DNA from: an uncultured Verrucomicrobiae bacterium
GTDB lineage: Bacteria > Verrucomicrobiota > Verrucomicrobiia > Chthoniobacterales > JAFAMB01
Assembly: GCA_963837955.1 (NCBI GenBank)
Contig: CAWIPH010000002.1
Coordinates: 4,544,001-4,608,000 of the forward strand
DNA: 64,000 nt
Direction: 5' to 3'
The position numbers and the translations under genes were made by a program. The notes under the pieces are model-generated. The model searched no databases. It saw only the letters and a program-made list of their open reading frames with translations, and had not been told where the DNA came from. Below, piece after piece: positions 29,444-38,806 of this stretch (the stretch's first letter is position 1; each line of letters opens with the position of its first letter).

Positions 29444-30442
29444 TCACGGGCTCCGCAGGAAGCCGTGAACAGCGAAGCTTGCGTCATAGTAGTTTCCCGT
29501 GGTCTCCCCCGCCTTGTTGATGGCTAAAGGGGAGGTGCCTTGGGAGCCCGAGGGATCGAATGTGGTAAAGGTGCCATTGCGGGCCCGGAGGAAGCCGTGA
29601 TACTGGTTGCTTGCAAAATAATTTCCCGTGATCGTCCCCGCCGCGTTGATGGCGTAAGGGAAGGTGCCTTGGTTGGAGCCCGGGAAATCGAACGTGGTGA
29701 AGGTACCGTCGCGGACCCGCCGGAAGCCGTGAGGCGGGCAGTAGTTTGCGCATTGCTGATAGGTTCCCACTATCGTCCCCGCCGTGTTGATGCCGTAGGG
29801 TTGGGTGTATACGGAGCCCGCCGGGGGATCGAAGCTGGTGAAGGTACCATCGGGGGCCCGCAGGAAGCCGTGAAACAGGAAGCTTGCGTCTTCGTATATA
29901 CCCGTGATCGCTCCCGCCTTGTCAATAGCCTGGGGGTAGGTTTGGGAGCTTGATGCGGAGCCCGGGGGATCGAAGGTGATGAAGGTACCGCCGGGGGCCC
30001 GCACGAAGCCGTGAATACCACCATTGTCTTGACAGGTTCCCGTGATCGTCCCTCCCGCGTTAATGCCAGTGGCCTGGGTATAGGAGAAACCCGGGGGATC
30101 GAACGTGGTGAAGGAACCGTCGGGGGCCCGCAGGAAGCCGTGATAGACGGAGCTTGCGTCTTGATAGGATCCCGCGATTGCTCCCACCGTGTTGATGCCG
30201 GAAGCCACGGTGTAGGTGGAGCCCAGGGGATCGAATGTGGTGAGGGTCCCGTCACGAGCCCGCGCGAAGCCGTGAGCAACGGAGTTTGTGTCAAAGTAGT
30301 ATCCCGTGATTGCTCCCCCCAGGTTGATGGCGGTAGGGAAGGTGCCTTGGCCGAAGCCTGTGCCAGCGCCCGGGGCATCGAACGTGGTGAAGGTGCCGCT
30401 CTGCTGGCCATACAACTCGGAGCCAAAAACCAGAAGGATCAC
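29444..30442 (-). CDS. Extracellular repeat (HAF-like) beta-propeller protein, copy 1; 5' end frameshifted relative to copy 2
   Basis: Seven ~44-aa repeats (FTTFDPPG...AIN.AG.ITG.Y....HGFLR). Confidence 0.75.
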   Translation of the reverse strand: MILLVFGSELYGQQSGTFTTFDAPGAGTGFGQGTFPTAINLGGAITGYYFDTNSVAHGFARARDGTLTTFDPLGSTYTVASGINTVGAIAGSYQDASSVYHGFLRAPDGSFTTFDPPGFSYTQATGINAGGTITGTCQDNGGIHGFVRAPGGTFITFDPPGSASSSQTYPQAIDKAGAITGIYEDASFLFHGFLRAPDGTFTSFDPPAGSVYTQPYGINTAGTIVGTYQQCANYCPPHGFRRVRDGTFTTFDFPGSNQGTFPYAINAAGTITGNYFASNQYHGFLRARNGTFTTFDPSGSQGTSPLAINKAGETTGNYYDASFAVHGFLRSP

Positions 30443-30719
30443 ACCGACTACTTTCCGAACGTGAGTCGAAACTTCGGAAGTTCACTTTTTCACGTGGTTG
30501 AACTGACTGCAACAGGACATTCCTCGCAGAGGAACTGCCGTGTTCGGTCTGCTGAACAACCCGCCGGGTTGTTCTCCGATCCTTCTGATGCGAAGTGGAT
30601 CCTATTCGGCAATGACCGAGCCAGTCAATGCTTTGAGCGGAACTAACTTATCACTGCTATCGTGAGTATCCTTGTTACCAGGATTCTCACTGTCAGACAA
30701 AACCAGGCGCTGTTAGTTA

Positions 30720-30828
30720 GCGAAGCGCATGACAGATGACAGAGCGTATAGCAGATAGCAGATAGCAAATAGCAAATAGCAAATAGCAAATAGCAGATAG
30801 CAGATAGCAGATAGCAGATAGCAGATAG
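30720..30828. repeat. GCGAAGCGCATGACAG motif plus an (ATAGCAR)x11 array at the junction of the tandem duplication
   Basis: Read directly. Confidence 0.92.
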
Positions 30829-30852
30829 TCGCTGCCCCCGAAACTCACGGTA

Positions 30853-31887
30853 TCATGGGCTCCGCACGAAGCCGTGAACAACGGAGCTTGCGTCATAGTA
30901 GTATCCCGTGGTCTCCCCCGCCCTGTTGATGGCCAAAACGAAGGTGCCTTGGGAACCCGAGGGATCGATTGTGGTGAAGGTACCGGCGCGGGCCCGCAGG
31001 AAGCCGTGATAAAGGTTTGTAGAATCAACATAGTTTCCTGTTATCGTGCCCGCTGCGTTGATGCTGTACGCCGCAGTGTACGTAGAGCCCGGGGGATCGA
31101 ACGTGGTGATGGTACCGTCGCGGACCCGCCGGAAGCCGTGAGAGCTGTTTCCGTAAGAGTAGTATCCCGTGACCGTCCCCGCCGTGTTGATGCTATAGGG
31201 TTGGGTGTATGTAGAGCCCCGGGGATCGATGCTCGTGAAGGTACCATCGGGGGCCCGCAGGAAGCCGCGAAACGCGTAGCCTACGTCTTGGTATAAACCC
31301 GTGATCGCCCCCGCATTGTCGATGGCCTGGGGGTAGGTTTGGGAGAGCGATGCGGAGTTCGGGGGATCGAAGGTGATGAAGGTACCACCAGGGGCCCGCA
31401 CGAAGCCGTGACTGCCGCTTGCGTCTTGACAGGTTCCCGTGATCGTCCCTCCCGCGTTGATGCCAGTAGCCTGGGTATATGAGAAGCCCGGGGGATCGAA
31501 CGTGGTGAAGGAACCGTCGGGGGCCCGCAGGAAGCCGTGATACACGGAGCTTGCGTCTTGATAGGATCCCGCGATTGCTCCCACCGTGTTGATGCCGGAA
31601 GCCACGGTGTAGGTGGAGCCCAGGGGATCGAATGTGGTGAGGGTCCCGTCGCGAGCCCGCGCGAAGCCGTGAGCAACGGAGTTTGTGTCATTGTAGTATC
31701 CCGTGACTGCTCCCCCCAGGTTGATGGCGGTAGGGAAGGTGCCTTGGCCAAAGCCTGTGCCAGCGCCCGGGGCATCGAACGTGGTGAAGGTGCCGCTGTG
31801 CTGGCCATACAACTCGGAGCCACAAACCAGGAGGATCACACCGACTACTTTCCGAACATGAATCGAAGCGTTGAACCGGAAGTTCAT
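30853..31887 (-). CDS. Extracellular repeat (HAF-like) beta-propeller protein, copy 2
   Basis: Same seven repeats; intact signal-like N-terminus MNFRF...RKVVGVILLV; likely ATG at 31887. Confidence 0.82.
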   Translation of the reverse strand: MNFRFNASIHVRKVVGVILLVCGSELYGQHSGTFTTFDAPGAGTGFGQGTFPTAINLGGAVTGYYNDTNSVAHGFARARDGTLTTFDPLGSTYTVASGINTVGAIAGSYQDASSVYHGFLRAPDGSFTTFDPPGFSYTQATGINAGGTITGTCQDASGSHGFVRAPGGTFITFDPPNSASLSQTYPQAIDNAGAITGLYQDVGYAFRGFLRAPDGTFTSIDPRGSTYTQPYSINTAGTVTGYYSYGNSSHGFRRVRDGTITTFDPPGSTYTAAYSINAAGTITGNYVDSTNLYHGFLRARAGTFTTIDPSGSQGTFVLAINRAGETTGYYYDASSVVHGFVRSP

Positions 31888-32175
31888 TTTTCGCGGTGGT
31901 TGAACTGACTGCAACAGGACATTCCTCGCAGAGGAACTGCCATGTTCGGTCTGCTGAACAACCCGCCGGGCTGTTCTCCGATCCTTCTGATGCGAAGCGG
32001 ATCCTATTCGGCCACGACCGAGTCAGTCAATGCTTTGAGCGGAACTAACTTATCATTGCTATCGTGATTATCCTTGTTACCAGGATTCTCACTGTCAGAC
32101 AAAAACGGCGCTGTTAGTCTGCGAAGCGCATAGCAAATAGCAGATGGCAGATAAGGCAGGAGCAGGAGTTAGTAT

Positions 32176-32508
32176 TTAGGATCCAGGAGACTCGTCTATT
32201 TCGCTAGTCTCCGATTTTCGCTGTAATATTTGGTTCCTTTGAAAAAGCAGAACAATCCCAACTACGGCCAAGGCAAAGGTAACAATACAGATCGCGAGCC
32301 AGAAATATCTCCAGGGGGGGAGAAACACGATTGTCGTGAAGATGGCAGCAACAATTGCTATGAGGCTCATTCCAGTGCTGAAACCTAACATTGCAAACGC
32401 GTAGTCATCCGCCGTTTCGAAGATTGGTGCAGAACTGAAAGGACGTTTCTGGGCGTTGGTCGCAACACCGCCCGGCGCAGCCCGATCCTCTCGTGAGGCT
32501 GGTTTCAT
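32176..32508 (-). CDS. Small hypothetical membrane protein (2 TM)
   Basis: ATG start; two hydrophobic segments. Confidence 0.5.
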   Translation of the reverse strand: MKPASREDRAAPGGVATNAQKRPFSSAPIFETADDYAFAMLGFSTGMSLIAIVAAIFTTIVFLPPWRYFWLAICIVTFALAVVGIVLLFQRNQILQRKSETSEIDESPGS

Positions 32509-32865
32509 ACCAAAATCTATTGACCGGCTACTTTAGCGCTATCGGCCGTTAGTGTGACCCGCTGCGAATCCTATGGCCCATAGATCAATGAACTAAGGTT
32601 AAACGCGCAGCGCAAAGTAATCAAAGCAGATAGCAAAGAAGACCCTAACGGGCGAGCTGAAAATAGCCGAGAGGCTCACAGATCCTGCCTTCGCTGGATC
32701 TGTTTCGCCCTACCGCCCGCCGAACTCGTTCCCTTTCCTTGCGCTCCTTCAGAGCGACTCGCTTTTGGGAAATTAACCCAGGGTTTCGCAAAGCCTCCAC
32801 CCTGGGCTGAGTCCTCTTACGCCTTTGGCGTTTGACGCCCGGCGTTCCCGGCGTTCCCGGCGCTC

Positions 32866-33489
32866 TTACCCCACGGTCGCCAGCCATCGTTTGGCAATGT
32901 CTACCGTTCCGTCGGTGAGCCCATGCCCGGCGTTCTCCAACGAGATAGTGACCTCTGCTCCGGCATTGCGAAGCGTGGCTACGAGCTGGAGGGCTTCAGC
33001 GGCCGGGATGATCTGGTCGTAACGGCCTGACACGACCAGCACGGGTACGCCTTTCAAATCGGGTAGCGGATCAGGAACGATTGGCACCATCGGTCGCAGA
33101 AGGACCGCACCAGCCAAAGTCCCCGGTCGAAGCAGGAGCAGACTTCCGGCAATGTTGGCGCCATTCGAGTAACCGACAGCAAACAGGTTTTTCCGATTAA
33201 GACCAAACTTCGTCGACGCTTGATCGATGAAGTCGGCAAGCTCATGCGTGCGGCGGATAAGATCTTCTTCATCAAAAATCCCCTCCGCCAGCCGGCGGAA
33301 GAACCGCGGCATACCGTTCTCCAGGACCTTGCCGCGCGGGCTAAGTAGGTTCGCATCGGCATCGAGCGCGCGCCCGAGCGGGATAAGATCGTTTTCATTG
33401 CCGCCGGTGCCATGAAGCAGCAGCAAGGTGCGGCTAGAACGGCCCGGGACGAAGGTATGCAGGAAATCGAGTGTTTGAGGCTGATTCAT
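32866..33489 (-). CDS. Phospholipase/carboxylesterase family alpha/beta hydrolase (MhqD-like)
   Basis: LLHGTGG, GYSNG nucleophile elbow, D...GH triad. Confidence 0.9.
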   Translation of the reverse strand: MNQPQTLDFLHTFVPGRSSRTLLLLHGTGGNENDLIPLGRALDADANLLSPRGKVLENGMPRFFRRLAEGIFDEEDLIRRTHELADFIDQASTKFGLNRKNLFAVGYSNGANIAGSLLLLRPGTLAGAVLLRPMVPIVPDPLPDLKGVPVLVVSGRYDQIIPAAEALQLVATLRNAGAEVTISLENAGHGLTDGTVDIAKRWLATVG

Positions 33490-34433
33490 ACGGTTGTCTT
33501 GGTCGGAACAGTTATCTTCGGCAAAATTTTTTCGATCTTCGGGCGTGCTTGTTCCATCCAGGACGGAAGACGCAAGCTGGCGCCCAGCTCATCGACCGAT
33601 TCGTCCAGGGTGAATCCTGGCGGATCGGTGGCCAGTTCGAAAAGCACACCGCCTGGCTCCCGAAAGTAGATCGAGTGAAAATAGGTCCGATCGATTATCG
33701 GGCTGACCTCGTAGCCCAGGCCGATCAGCTTTTCCCGCCACGCTATATGCTGTTCATCGTCAGGAACGCGGAAGGCGATATGGTGAACCGATCCGACCGC
33801 GGTCCGGCCCGGGTGAACATCGGGAGCGGAGATTAGGTCGATGGTTTTGCCAATCCCCGCTTCGCCAGGCGCTGTGAAACGGAACCGATTTCCGGTCTCC
33901 TGAACTAGGCGGTAGCCAAAAGCGCCGGTCAGCAGTTTCGCGGTTTCTTCGTGGCTTTGCAGTGCCGCTGAAACGCTGTGGAACCCGCGTATCGCATGTT
34001 CCGCCGAGCCTTCGCTCCATAGCACGACTTCATCGTTCGGAGTCGACTCAATCAATTCGATCAGCATTCCATCGGGATCCGCAAAACGAACAACTTCCTC
34101 GCCGAACCTCTTGGGCGTCCGCTCGGCGCTAACGTGCTGCTCTTTTAATCGGTCAAGCCAATAACCGGCCGAACCCGGCGGAATCGCAAAGGCGGTCGCG
34201 CTGATTTCACCGGAGCCACGAATACCCCGGCGGGCGTCAGGCCAGGCGAAGAACGTGAGGATCGTCCCCGGCGTACCGACCGCATCGCCGAAGTAAAAGT
34301 GGTAACTGCCGGGATCATCGAAATTGACGGTGCGTTTGACGAGTCGGAGCCCGAGCAATCCGACATAGAAGTCGAGATTGCGCTGCGGGTCACCGGCAAT
34401 CGCGGTAACATGATGAAGACCAGTTATGTTCAT
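33486..34433 (-). CDS. Ring-cleaving dioxygenase, VOC family (MhqO/MhqA-like)
   Basis: GLHHVTA, KRTVNFDDP, VHHIAFR, YFHSIYFREPGGVLFELATD. Confidence 0.93.
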   Translation of the reverse strand: MNITGLHHVTAIAGDPQRNLDFYVGLLGLRLVKRTVNFDDPGSYHFYFGDAVGTPGTILTFFAWPDARRGIRGSGEISATAFAIPPGSAGYWLDRLKEQHVSAERTPKRFGEEVVRFADPDGMLIELIESTPNDEVVLWSEGSAEHAIRGFHSVSAALQSHEETAKLLTGAFGYRLVQETGNRFRFTAPGEAGIGKTIDLISAPDVHPGRTAVGSVHHIAFRVPDDEQHIAWREKLIGLGYEVSPIIDRTYFHSIYFREPGGVLFELATDPPGFTLDESVDELGASLRLPSWMEQARPKIEKILPKITVPTKTTV

Positions 34434-34464
34434 TGGATTATCGAGATTTAAAAATCGGTGTCCT

Positions 34465-34980
34465 TCAGGCGGCTGTGCGGCTTAGAGCAGTCGCGCGAAG
34501 CGAGTTTTCTATCGTGGTATCCGCAGCCCATTTGCCCCCGCCCCGGATGATCAGTGCGACAGCCACGCTGATCGCGAGCAGGTGAAATTCGAAGCCTTCA
34601 CCCTTCTGGTTACCAGCCCAGTTCATGAACAAACCGTTTTGCCAGTGCACCATCGCCACTGCCACGAGCATGTTCGCCGCAATGCCGAGGGCGGCTAGGC
34701 GGGTGAACAGACCGAGAATCAACCCGATCGATCCGGCGAATTCCGCCGCAATAGCTAGGAAGGCAAAGAATGCCGGGACGTGCATCATCCCGGTGAAGAA
34801 ATCCATCGTAGCGCTAAAACCGTAGCCGCCAAACCAGCCTAGAACCTTTTGGGCACCGTGTGGAAAGAAGACTATGCCTAGCGATAGGCGGAGCAGAAGA
34901 CTGGAAACATCATTGTCGGTCTTAAGGAGGAAATTCAGTGCTTTCATGAGATTTGAGATTTGAGATTTGTGCTGGTTCAT
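34465..34980 (-). CDS. DoxX family membrane protein (MhqP-like)
   Basis: LLRLSLG..F.HGAQK, EFAG, G.EFHL motifs. Confidence 0.9.
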   Translation of the reverse strand: MNQHKSQISNLMKALNFLLKTDNDVSSLLLRLSLGIVFFPHGAQKVLGWFGGYGFSATMDFFTGMMHVPAFFAFLAIAAEFAGSIGLILGLFTRLAALGIAANMLVAVAMVHWQNGLFMNWAGNQKGEGFEFHLLAISVAVALIIRGGGKWAADTTIENSLRATALSRTAA

Positions 34981-35029
34981 AATTCGGCCCTAGTTGGAAC
35001 TCCGACTAATGTTGGTTTAAGATTGCCGT

Positions 35030-35046
35030 TATGCGGTTTGCGCATA
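35030..35046. promoter_or_regulatory. LysR-type binding box TATGCGGTTTGCGCATA (T-N11-A within a dyad)
   Basis: Palindrome between the divergent doxX and lysR genes. Confidence 0.6.
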
Positions 35047-35056
35047 TCCTGGCTGC

Positions 35057-35968
35057 GTGTTGACACAGCTTCGGGCGTTCCTGGTTGCCCTTGAGGAAGG
35101 GAGTCTTAACCGAGCTGCCATTCGGCTACGGATGTCGCAATCCGCGCTTTCCCGGCAGATGCAAGCACTCGAAAACGAGGTCGGCGGAGCATTGCTAGAA
35201 CGCACAACCGCCGGCGTTCGTCCGACCGATGCGGGACATGCGTTGGCGACTTCCTTGCCACGCGTTCTGGCCGAATACGATTCCGCAATGGCCGAGGCTC
35301 GCCGGCTCGCCCATGGCCAACGTGACCTTATCCGGGTCGGTTACCTCGGTTCCGCTGCCCAGATATTTCTGGATCCCGCCCTCTCCGCTTTGCGCCACAC
35401 CCATCCTGAAGTGAAGACAAAGCTTTTAGACCTTTCGCCCGGTGAACAGATCGTTGGGCTGCGCAAAGGAGAAATCGATCTCGCCCTGATCGGACAAGAA
35501 GGCGCTTTGCTTTCCAGCGAGTTTTACACCCACAAGCTAACGACGTTGCCGGTAGTCGCGGTAATGCCTGCTGATCATCCGTTGGCCTCGAGGAAGCGCA
35601 TTTCGCTCGATGAGTTGCGCGGTGAAAGTTTCATCAGCTCGCCCGAAGAAGACCTACCAGGGCGAGACCGCTGGATTACTCAACTCTGCCGCCGAGCTGG
35701 GTTCCGGCCAAAATTCGTGCAGGAAGCAGCCAGCGTTTCGCAGATGTTTACCCTGATCGGAAGCGAAGGTGCGGTCACATTGGTCCCGGCCTATCTGAAA
35801 AGTTTTCCCGTCGCCGGCGTCGCGATGGTGCAACTCTCGGATATCAAAGCCACCTGGGATTTTCTGGTCGTCTGGCAACGTGGCCGAACCGCCAAATCGT
35901 TGCGGGCACTGCTCGACGCACTAGCGGCGACCGCGAATAATCTCACGCAAAGACGCGGCGGGGAATAA
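35057..35968 (+). CDS. LysR family transcriptional regulator
   Basis: HTH SLNRAAIRLRMSQSALSRQMQALE plus substrate-binding domain. Confidence 0.95.
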   Translation: MLTQLRAFLVALEEGSLNRAAIRLRMSQSALSRQMQALENEVGGALLERTTAGVRPTDAGHALATSLPRVLAEYDSAMAEARRLAHGQRDLIRVGYLGSAAQIFLDPALSALRHTHPEVKTKLLDLSPGEQIVGLRKGEIDLALIGQEGALLSSEFYTHKLTTLPVVAVMPADHPLASRKRISLDELRGESFISSPEEDLPGRDRWITQLCRRAGFRPKFVQEAASVSQMFTLIGSEGAVTLVPAYLKSFPVAGVAMVQLSDIKATWDFLVVWQRGRTAKSLRALLDALAATANNLTQRRGGE

Positions 35969-36073
35969 TCTCACGCAAAGGCGCAAAGACGCAAAGGATG
36001 GGGCAGAAGTTAGAAGCTGGAAGTTAGAATGTTCCGACCAGGCGCAAGCCTAAATCGCGGGCCAGTACGCTGA

Positions 36074-36136
36074 CCTGTCCCGCCGACGTGTCCACCATAG
36101 CTTAGCGCGAAGGGCGGAAGGTCCTGCGATGGAGGA
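36074..36136 (-). mobile_element. Hairpin micro-element with a nested copy (36087-36118)
   Basis: Same outer/inner arrangement as 1192-1252, on the opposite strand. Confidence 0.55.
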
Positions 36137-36242
36137 TTAGCCGCAAAAAACTGCAGGCGACTGCTGGCTACCGATTAGTCATTAGCGACGCCTGACTGCC
36201 GGCTTCTAATCTTCCTGGCGATCCCGCAGAATTGCATTCCAC

Positions 36243-36629
36243 ATGAAGATGCAATTCAAAACGGCATTTGCGGTCCTCGCTGGAGTTGGACTTGGTATGG
36301 CAGCCGTACATGGACTCCATGCCGGACTGAATAAGGCGCCACCTGCATTTGTCATCTCAAACATCGAGGTGACCGATCAGGCGAAATATCAGAAATACGC
36401 GGAGGCATCAGCCGCGGCCCTCGACGCCTACCATGCCAAAATCTTGGTCCGGGGCGGAAAAACGGTAGTCTTCGACGGGCGTGCCCCGCAGCGAGTTATC
36501 GTGATCGAATTCGCGAGCATGGCAGACGCCCAACGCTGGCGTTCTTCGCCGGAATTTCAAAAGCTCAAGCTGCTGCAACAACAGTCGTCAACCTACATCG
36601 AAAGTTTTGCGATCGAAGGTGTGCAGTGA
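36243..36629 (+). CDS. DUF1330 domain protein with an N-terminal signal-like segment
   Basis: Y.KY, LVRGG, VIVIEFAS, W..SPEFQ motifs. Confidence 0.85.
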   Translation: MKMQFKTAFAVLAGVGLGMAAVHGLHAGLNKAPPAFVISNIEVTDQAKYQKYAEASAAALDAYHAKILVRGGKTVVFDGRAPQRVIVIEFASMADAQRWRSSPEFQKLKLLQQQSSTYIESFAIEGVQ

Positions 36630-36653
36630 ACAATATTCCGACTAAAGAATGTT

Positions 36654-37025
36654 ATGCACGTAAAGACGTGGGTTTTGGCTCTAACGATTCTGTTACCGCT
36701 CGGCGCCATGGCTGATACGCAGCAACAGCTGGCCGTTTACCGCCAACAGATCGATTCGCTGGATCAACGTATTGTTAAGCTCATTCAGGATCGGGCAGGA
36801 GTGGTCGAAAAGGTGGGCGCACTCAAGCGCGAAGCACATCTGCCGGTGACGGTTCCAAGTCGGGAACAGCAGGTCATTAAAAAAGCGGAAGACCTAGCCA
36901 AGACCGGCCCGCTTCCAGCTGAAGCTGTTGGCCGTATCTACCAGAAACTCGTTCAGGAAATGCGGGATTGGGAAGCAAAACTCAACGCCACAGCGAACTC
37001 CAAGCTGCCGGCTAAGAACAACTAA
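36654..37025 (+). CDS. Chorismate mutase (AroQ/type II) with a signal peptide
   Basis: RQQIDSLDQRIVKLI..R, K, REQQV motifs following the AMA cleavage site. Confidence 0.82.
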   Translation: MHVKTWVLALTILLPLGAMADTQQQLAVYRQQIDSLDQRIVKLIQDRAGVVEKVGALKREAHLPVTVPSREQQVIKKAEDLAKTGPLPAEAVGRIYQKLVQEMRDWEAKLNATANSKLPAKNN

Positions 37026-37172
37026 GTATTCGGTCGAAGCGATGAGTCCAACTTCGTTTCCTCTGTTACCTTCTGTTCAAGAATCCGGCTTCGCGTCTTT
37101 GCGTCTTTGCGTCTTTGCGTGAGATTATTCCGGCCGAGCGGGAGCTCAGCCCTACCGTCTTTGCGTGAGGCG

Positions 37173-37670
37173 TCATAGATCGCGGACGCCGGTTTGGCGA
37201 AACAGACCGCGCCGGCCAGGTCTTTGTTGAAGGCAGGCCATCATGGTAAATCCGGCAACTAGCGGGAAGGGTCCCATTAAAAGCCAGAATGCGGGGCGGT
37301 CAGTGTAAACGGCCGCAATTGTCGCGATGAGTAGTAGCGTCAGGGCAAAAGAAGAAGCAGTCATGTCGCCTTTGGTCCGATCAGACCGCTTCGGCTGCCT
37401 TCGGTCTCTCGCCGAATCGCGAAAGATATCGCGTGAACGCGTGAGGTCTCGCGCTAGTCTCTGCCGTTTGGCGGGTTCGTTTTGATTGATCGTAACAAGG
37501 TCGTTTCCGGTGATCGGCGACTGATTGTCGCAGCCCAGGTCTTGCGTCGTCTCAAAGATCTCTCCGAGCCGTTGCTTTGCCAGTCGGCTGTTCCAGAGGA
37601 ATTCAGTAGGTGGAGAGCTCATATTTGTCCTTTCCGTAAAGCTTGGTCGCTCGATCAACTGTTCGTTCAT
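37173..37670 (-). CDS. Hypothetical protein with two C-terminal TM segments
   Basis: ORF fills the unique sequence between repeat clusters; no family recognised. Confidence 0.4.
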   Translation of the reverse strand: MNEQLIERPSFTERTNMSSPPTEFLWNSRLAKQRLGEIFETTQDLGCDNQSPITGNDLVTINQNEPAKRQRLARDLTRSRDIFRDSARDRRQPKRSDRTKGDMTASSFALTLLLIATIAAVYTDRPAFWLLMGPFPLVAGFTMMACLQQRPGRRGLFRQTGVRDL

Positions 37671-37924
37671 TTCAATTAAGCGACGAACGAGCCGCGAGAT
37701 TCAGGACACTCGCTTCGCAGATCTCACGCAAAGACGCGGAACCGGTAGGAAATGATCTCACGCAAAGACGCAAAGGCGCAAAGGATCGGACAGCAGAATT
37801 TGGAATTTGGATTCGGGAGGCGCAGGCGAAGCGCATGACAGATGACAAATGACAAATGACAGATAGCGGATAGCAGATAGCAGATAGCAGAGTGTGGTTG
37901 CGACGCATGGGGCTCTTTTGAGCT

Positions 37925-37972
37925 CTGTGAAAATTTAACAGAATCGGGCTTGATTCTGTGATTAAATCACAG
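37925..37972. promoter_or_regulatory. Two palindromic operator candidates, CTGTGAAAATTTAACAG (37925-37941) and CTGTGATTAAATCACAG (37956-37972)
   Basis: Two related dyads 31 bp apart at the head of the DeoR operon. Confidence 0.6.
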
Positions 37973-38806
37973 TACGACGAAGGTGTGTCTTCCCCCGGAC
38001 GTATAAAGGACCGAGCAGCGTTTATCCTCGACGTGGTCGACCGGCAGGGGTCGGCATCCTACGTGGCGCTGGCCGAATCGCTGGAGGTCTCCACCATGAC
38101 CGTTCGACGCAATTGTGACGAACTGGTCCGGCTCGGGAAAGTCATCAAGACGATTGGGGGGATTCAACGAGCCCACGCGCCCGCTTCCCTATACGAGAAC
38201 ACAGTCCGCGGGCGTATCGCTACCAACCGAGCGGAAAAGAGGGCTATTGCAGCGAAGGCGCTCGATCTTATCCTAAACAATCAGACGATTTTTATCGATG
38301 GTGGTACGACGAATCTGGCGCTGGCGGAATTGATCGCCGATCGGCGCACAGGCTTAACGATTCTTACAAACTCTGCTCTGACCTGTGTCGAGCTAAGCAA
38401 AGGCCAAAATACGGTCATTGGGATCGGCGGTGAATATGATCCGGTGACCCTATCGTTTGTCGGATCGCACGCCGAAGAGATGGCGAAATCTTTCTTTGTG
38501 GATCAAGCCTTTCTGACCACGAAAGGTTTTCTGCCTGCGGATGGCACTTACGAGTCCGCGGTCGCAACCTTCCGCATCAAGCAAATCGTGGCGGAACGTG
38601 CCGTGGAAACCGTATTGCTGGTCGATCACACTAAGTTCGGCCACCGCGCACTGAGCAAAGTGCTCGATATCTCGCAAATTCAGCAAGTTGTCACTGATGA
38701 ACGTACTTCGAAATCAGATCTCGCTTCGTTACGGCGAGCGGGCATCAGCGTTAGTGTAGCCGCGCTGGCAAAAGTGGAGTCCCGGTATGCCGCTCAGGCC
38801 AATTAG
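37958..38806 (+). CDS. DeoR/GlpR family transcriptional regulator
   Basis: VSTMTVRR HTH, EKRAIA, IFIDGGTT, DHTKF; true start may be GTG 37985. Confidence 0.93.
   Translation: MIKSQYDEGVSSPGRIKDRAAFILDVVDRQGSASYVALAESLEVSTMTVRRNCDELVRLGKVIKTIGGIQRAHAPASLYENTVRGRIATNRAEKRAIAAKALDLILNNQTIFIDGGTTNLALAELIADRRTGLTILTNSALTCVELSKGQNTVIGIGGEYDPVTLSFVGSHAEEMAKSFFVDQAFLTTKGFLPADGTYESAVATFRIKQIVAERAVETVLLVDHTKFGHRALSKVLDISQIQQVVTDERTSKSDLASLRRAGISVSVAALAKVESRYAAQAN

Noticed and set aside
29444..31887. Diversity-generating retroelement template/variable repeat pair
   Set aside because: Differences involve all four bases plus indels over whole genes rather than adenine-only changes, and no reverse transcriptase is in the window.
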